A DNA stretch of 64,000 nt. Origin: a virus (Duplodnaviria; Caudoviricetes). The notes below the pieces were generated by a model, which was not told the origin of the DNA, made no database searches, and saw only the letters and a list, made by a program, of their open reading frames with translations. The stretch lies in IMG/VR virus record IMGVR_UViG_3300047160_009226, positions 32,001 through 96,000 of that record; one strand, 5' to 3'. Below, one piece after another: positions 63,987 through 64,000 of this stretch; position 1 is the stretch's first letter, and each line of letters starts with the position of its first letter. The position numbers and the translations under genes were made by a program.

Positions 63987-64000
63987 ATTTCTAGCATTAC

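Noticed and set aside
1-64000. CRISPR array or DGR template/variable repeat pair
   Set aside because: No regularly spaced repeats with unique spacers, no reverse transcriptase, and repeat mismatches are not adenine-specific
1-64000. Stop-codon reassignment
   Set aside because: Conserved genes are full length in code 11 and end in TAA, TGA or TAG; no suppressor tRNA; the SbcC halves are kilobases apart, not separated by a stop

Overview
This 64 kb window is a segment of a large (jumbo-type) tailed phage genome. All credible genes (about 75) lie on the minus strand. There is no CRISPR array, rRNA or integrase, and no capsid, terminase, Pol III alpha or DnaB gene is recognisable in the window. 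The inferred host is a Planctomycete: the window encodes a PEP-CTERM protein and a ricin/calpain protein carrying the Planctomycete-type N-terminal RRRFRPALDQVENRQLL motif, plus CsrA and ClpS. Left to right: (1) 0.7-7.5 kb, probable head-associated proteins rich in R-x-A/R-R-x-A motifs. (2) 7.6-27.6 kb, a tandem sigma-4 HTH protein, 5'-3' exonuclease, NusG paralog, DnaX, primase core, DnaN, SbcD and an SbcC split across separate genes, interleaved with glycosyl- and methyltransferases, CsrA, ParB-like genes and an HNH. (3) 27.7-40.8 kb, PEP-CTERM, DUF6065, GT2, intein-containing RecA, UDG, RuvC, a probable SSB with a ~440-nt highly structured non-coding leader, GroES and GIY-YIG. (4) 41-64 kb, small promoter-gene-terminator cassettes sharing a non-canonical promoter (GAGAAA-N17-TATAGT, 12 copies), tRNA-Leu(UAA), ClpS, a MoxR/vWA pair, an HD nuclease, an SNF2 helicase, a Tad2-like protein, a RecD/Dda helicase and a catalytically dead, fingers-deleted family A DNA polymerase homolog. 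All family calls come from motif recognition by eye; no database search was run. Several start codons were moved from the ORF track where an RBS or promoter supports it.
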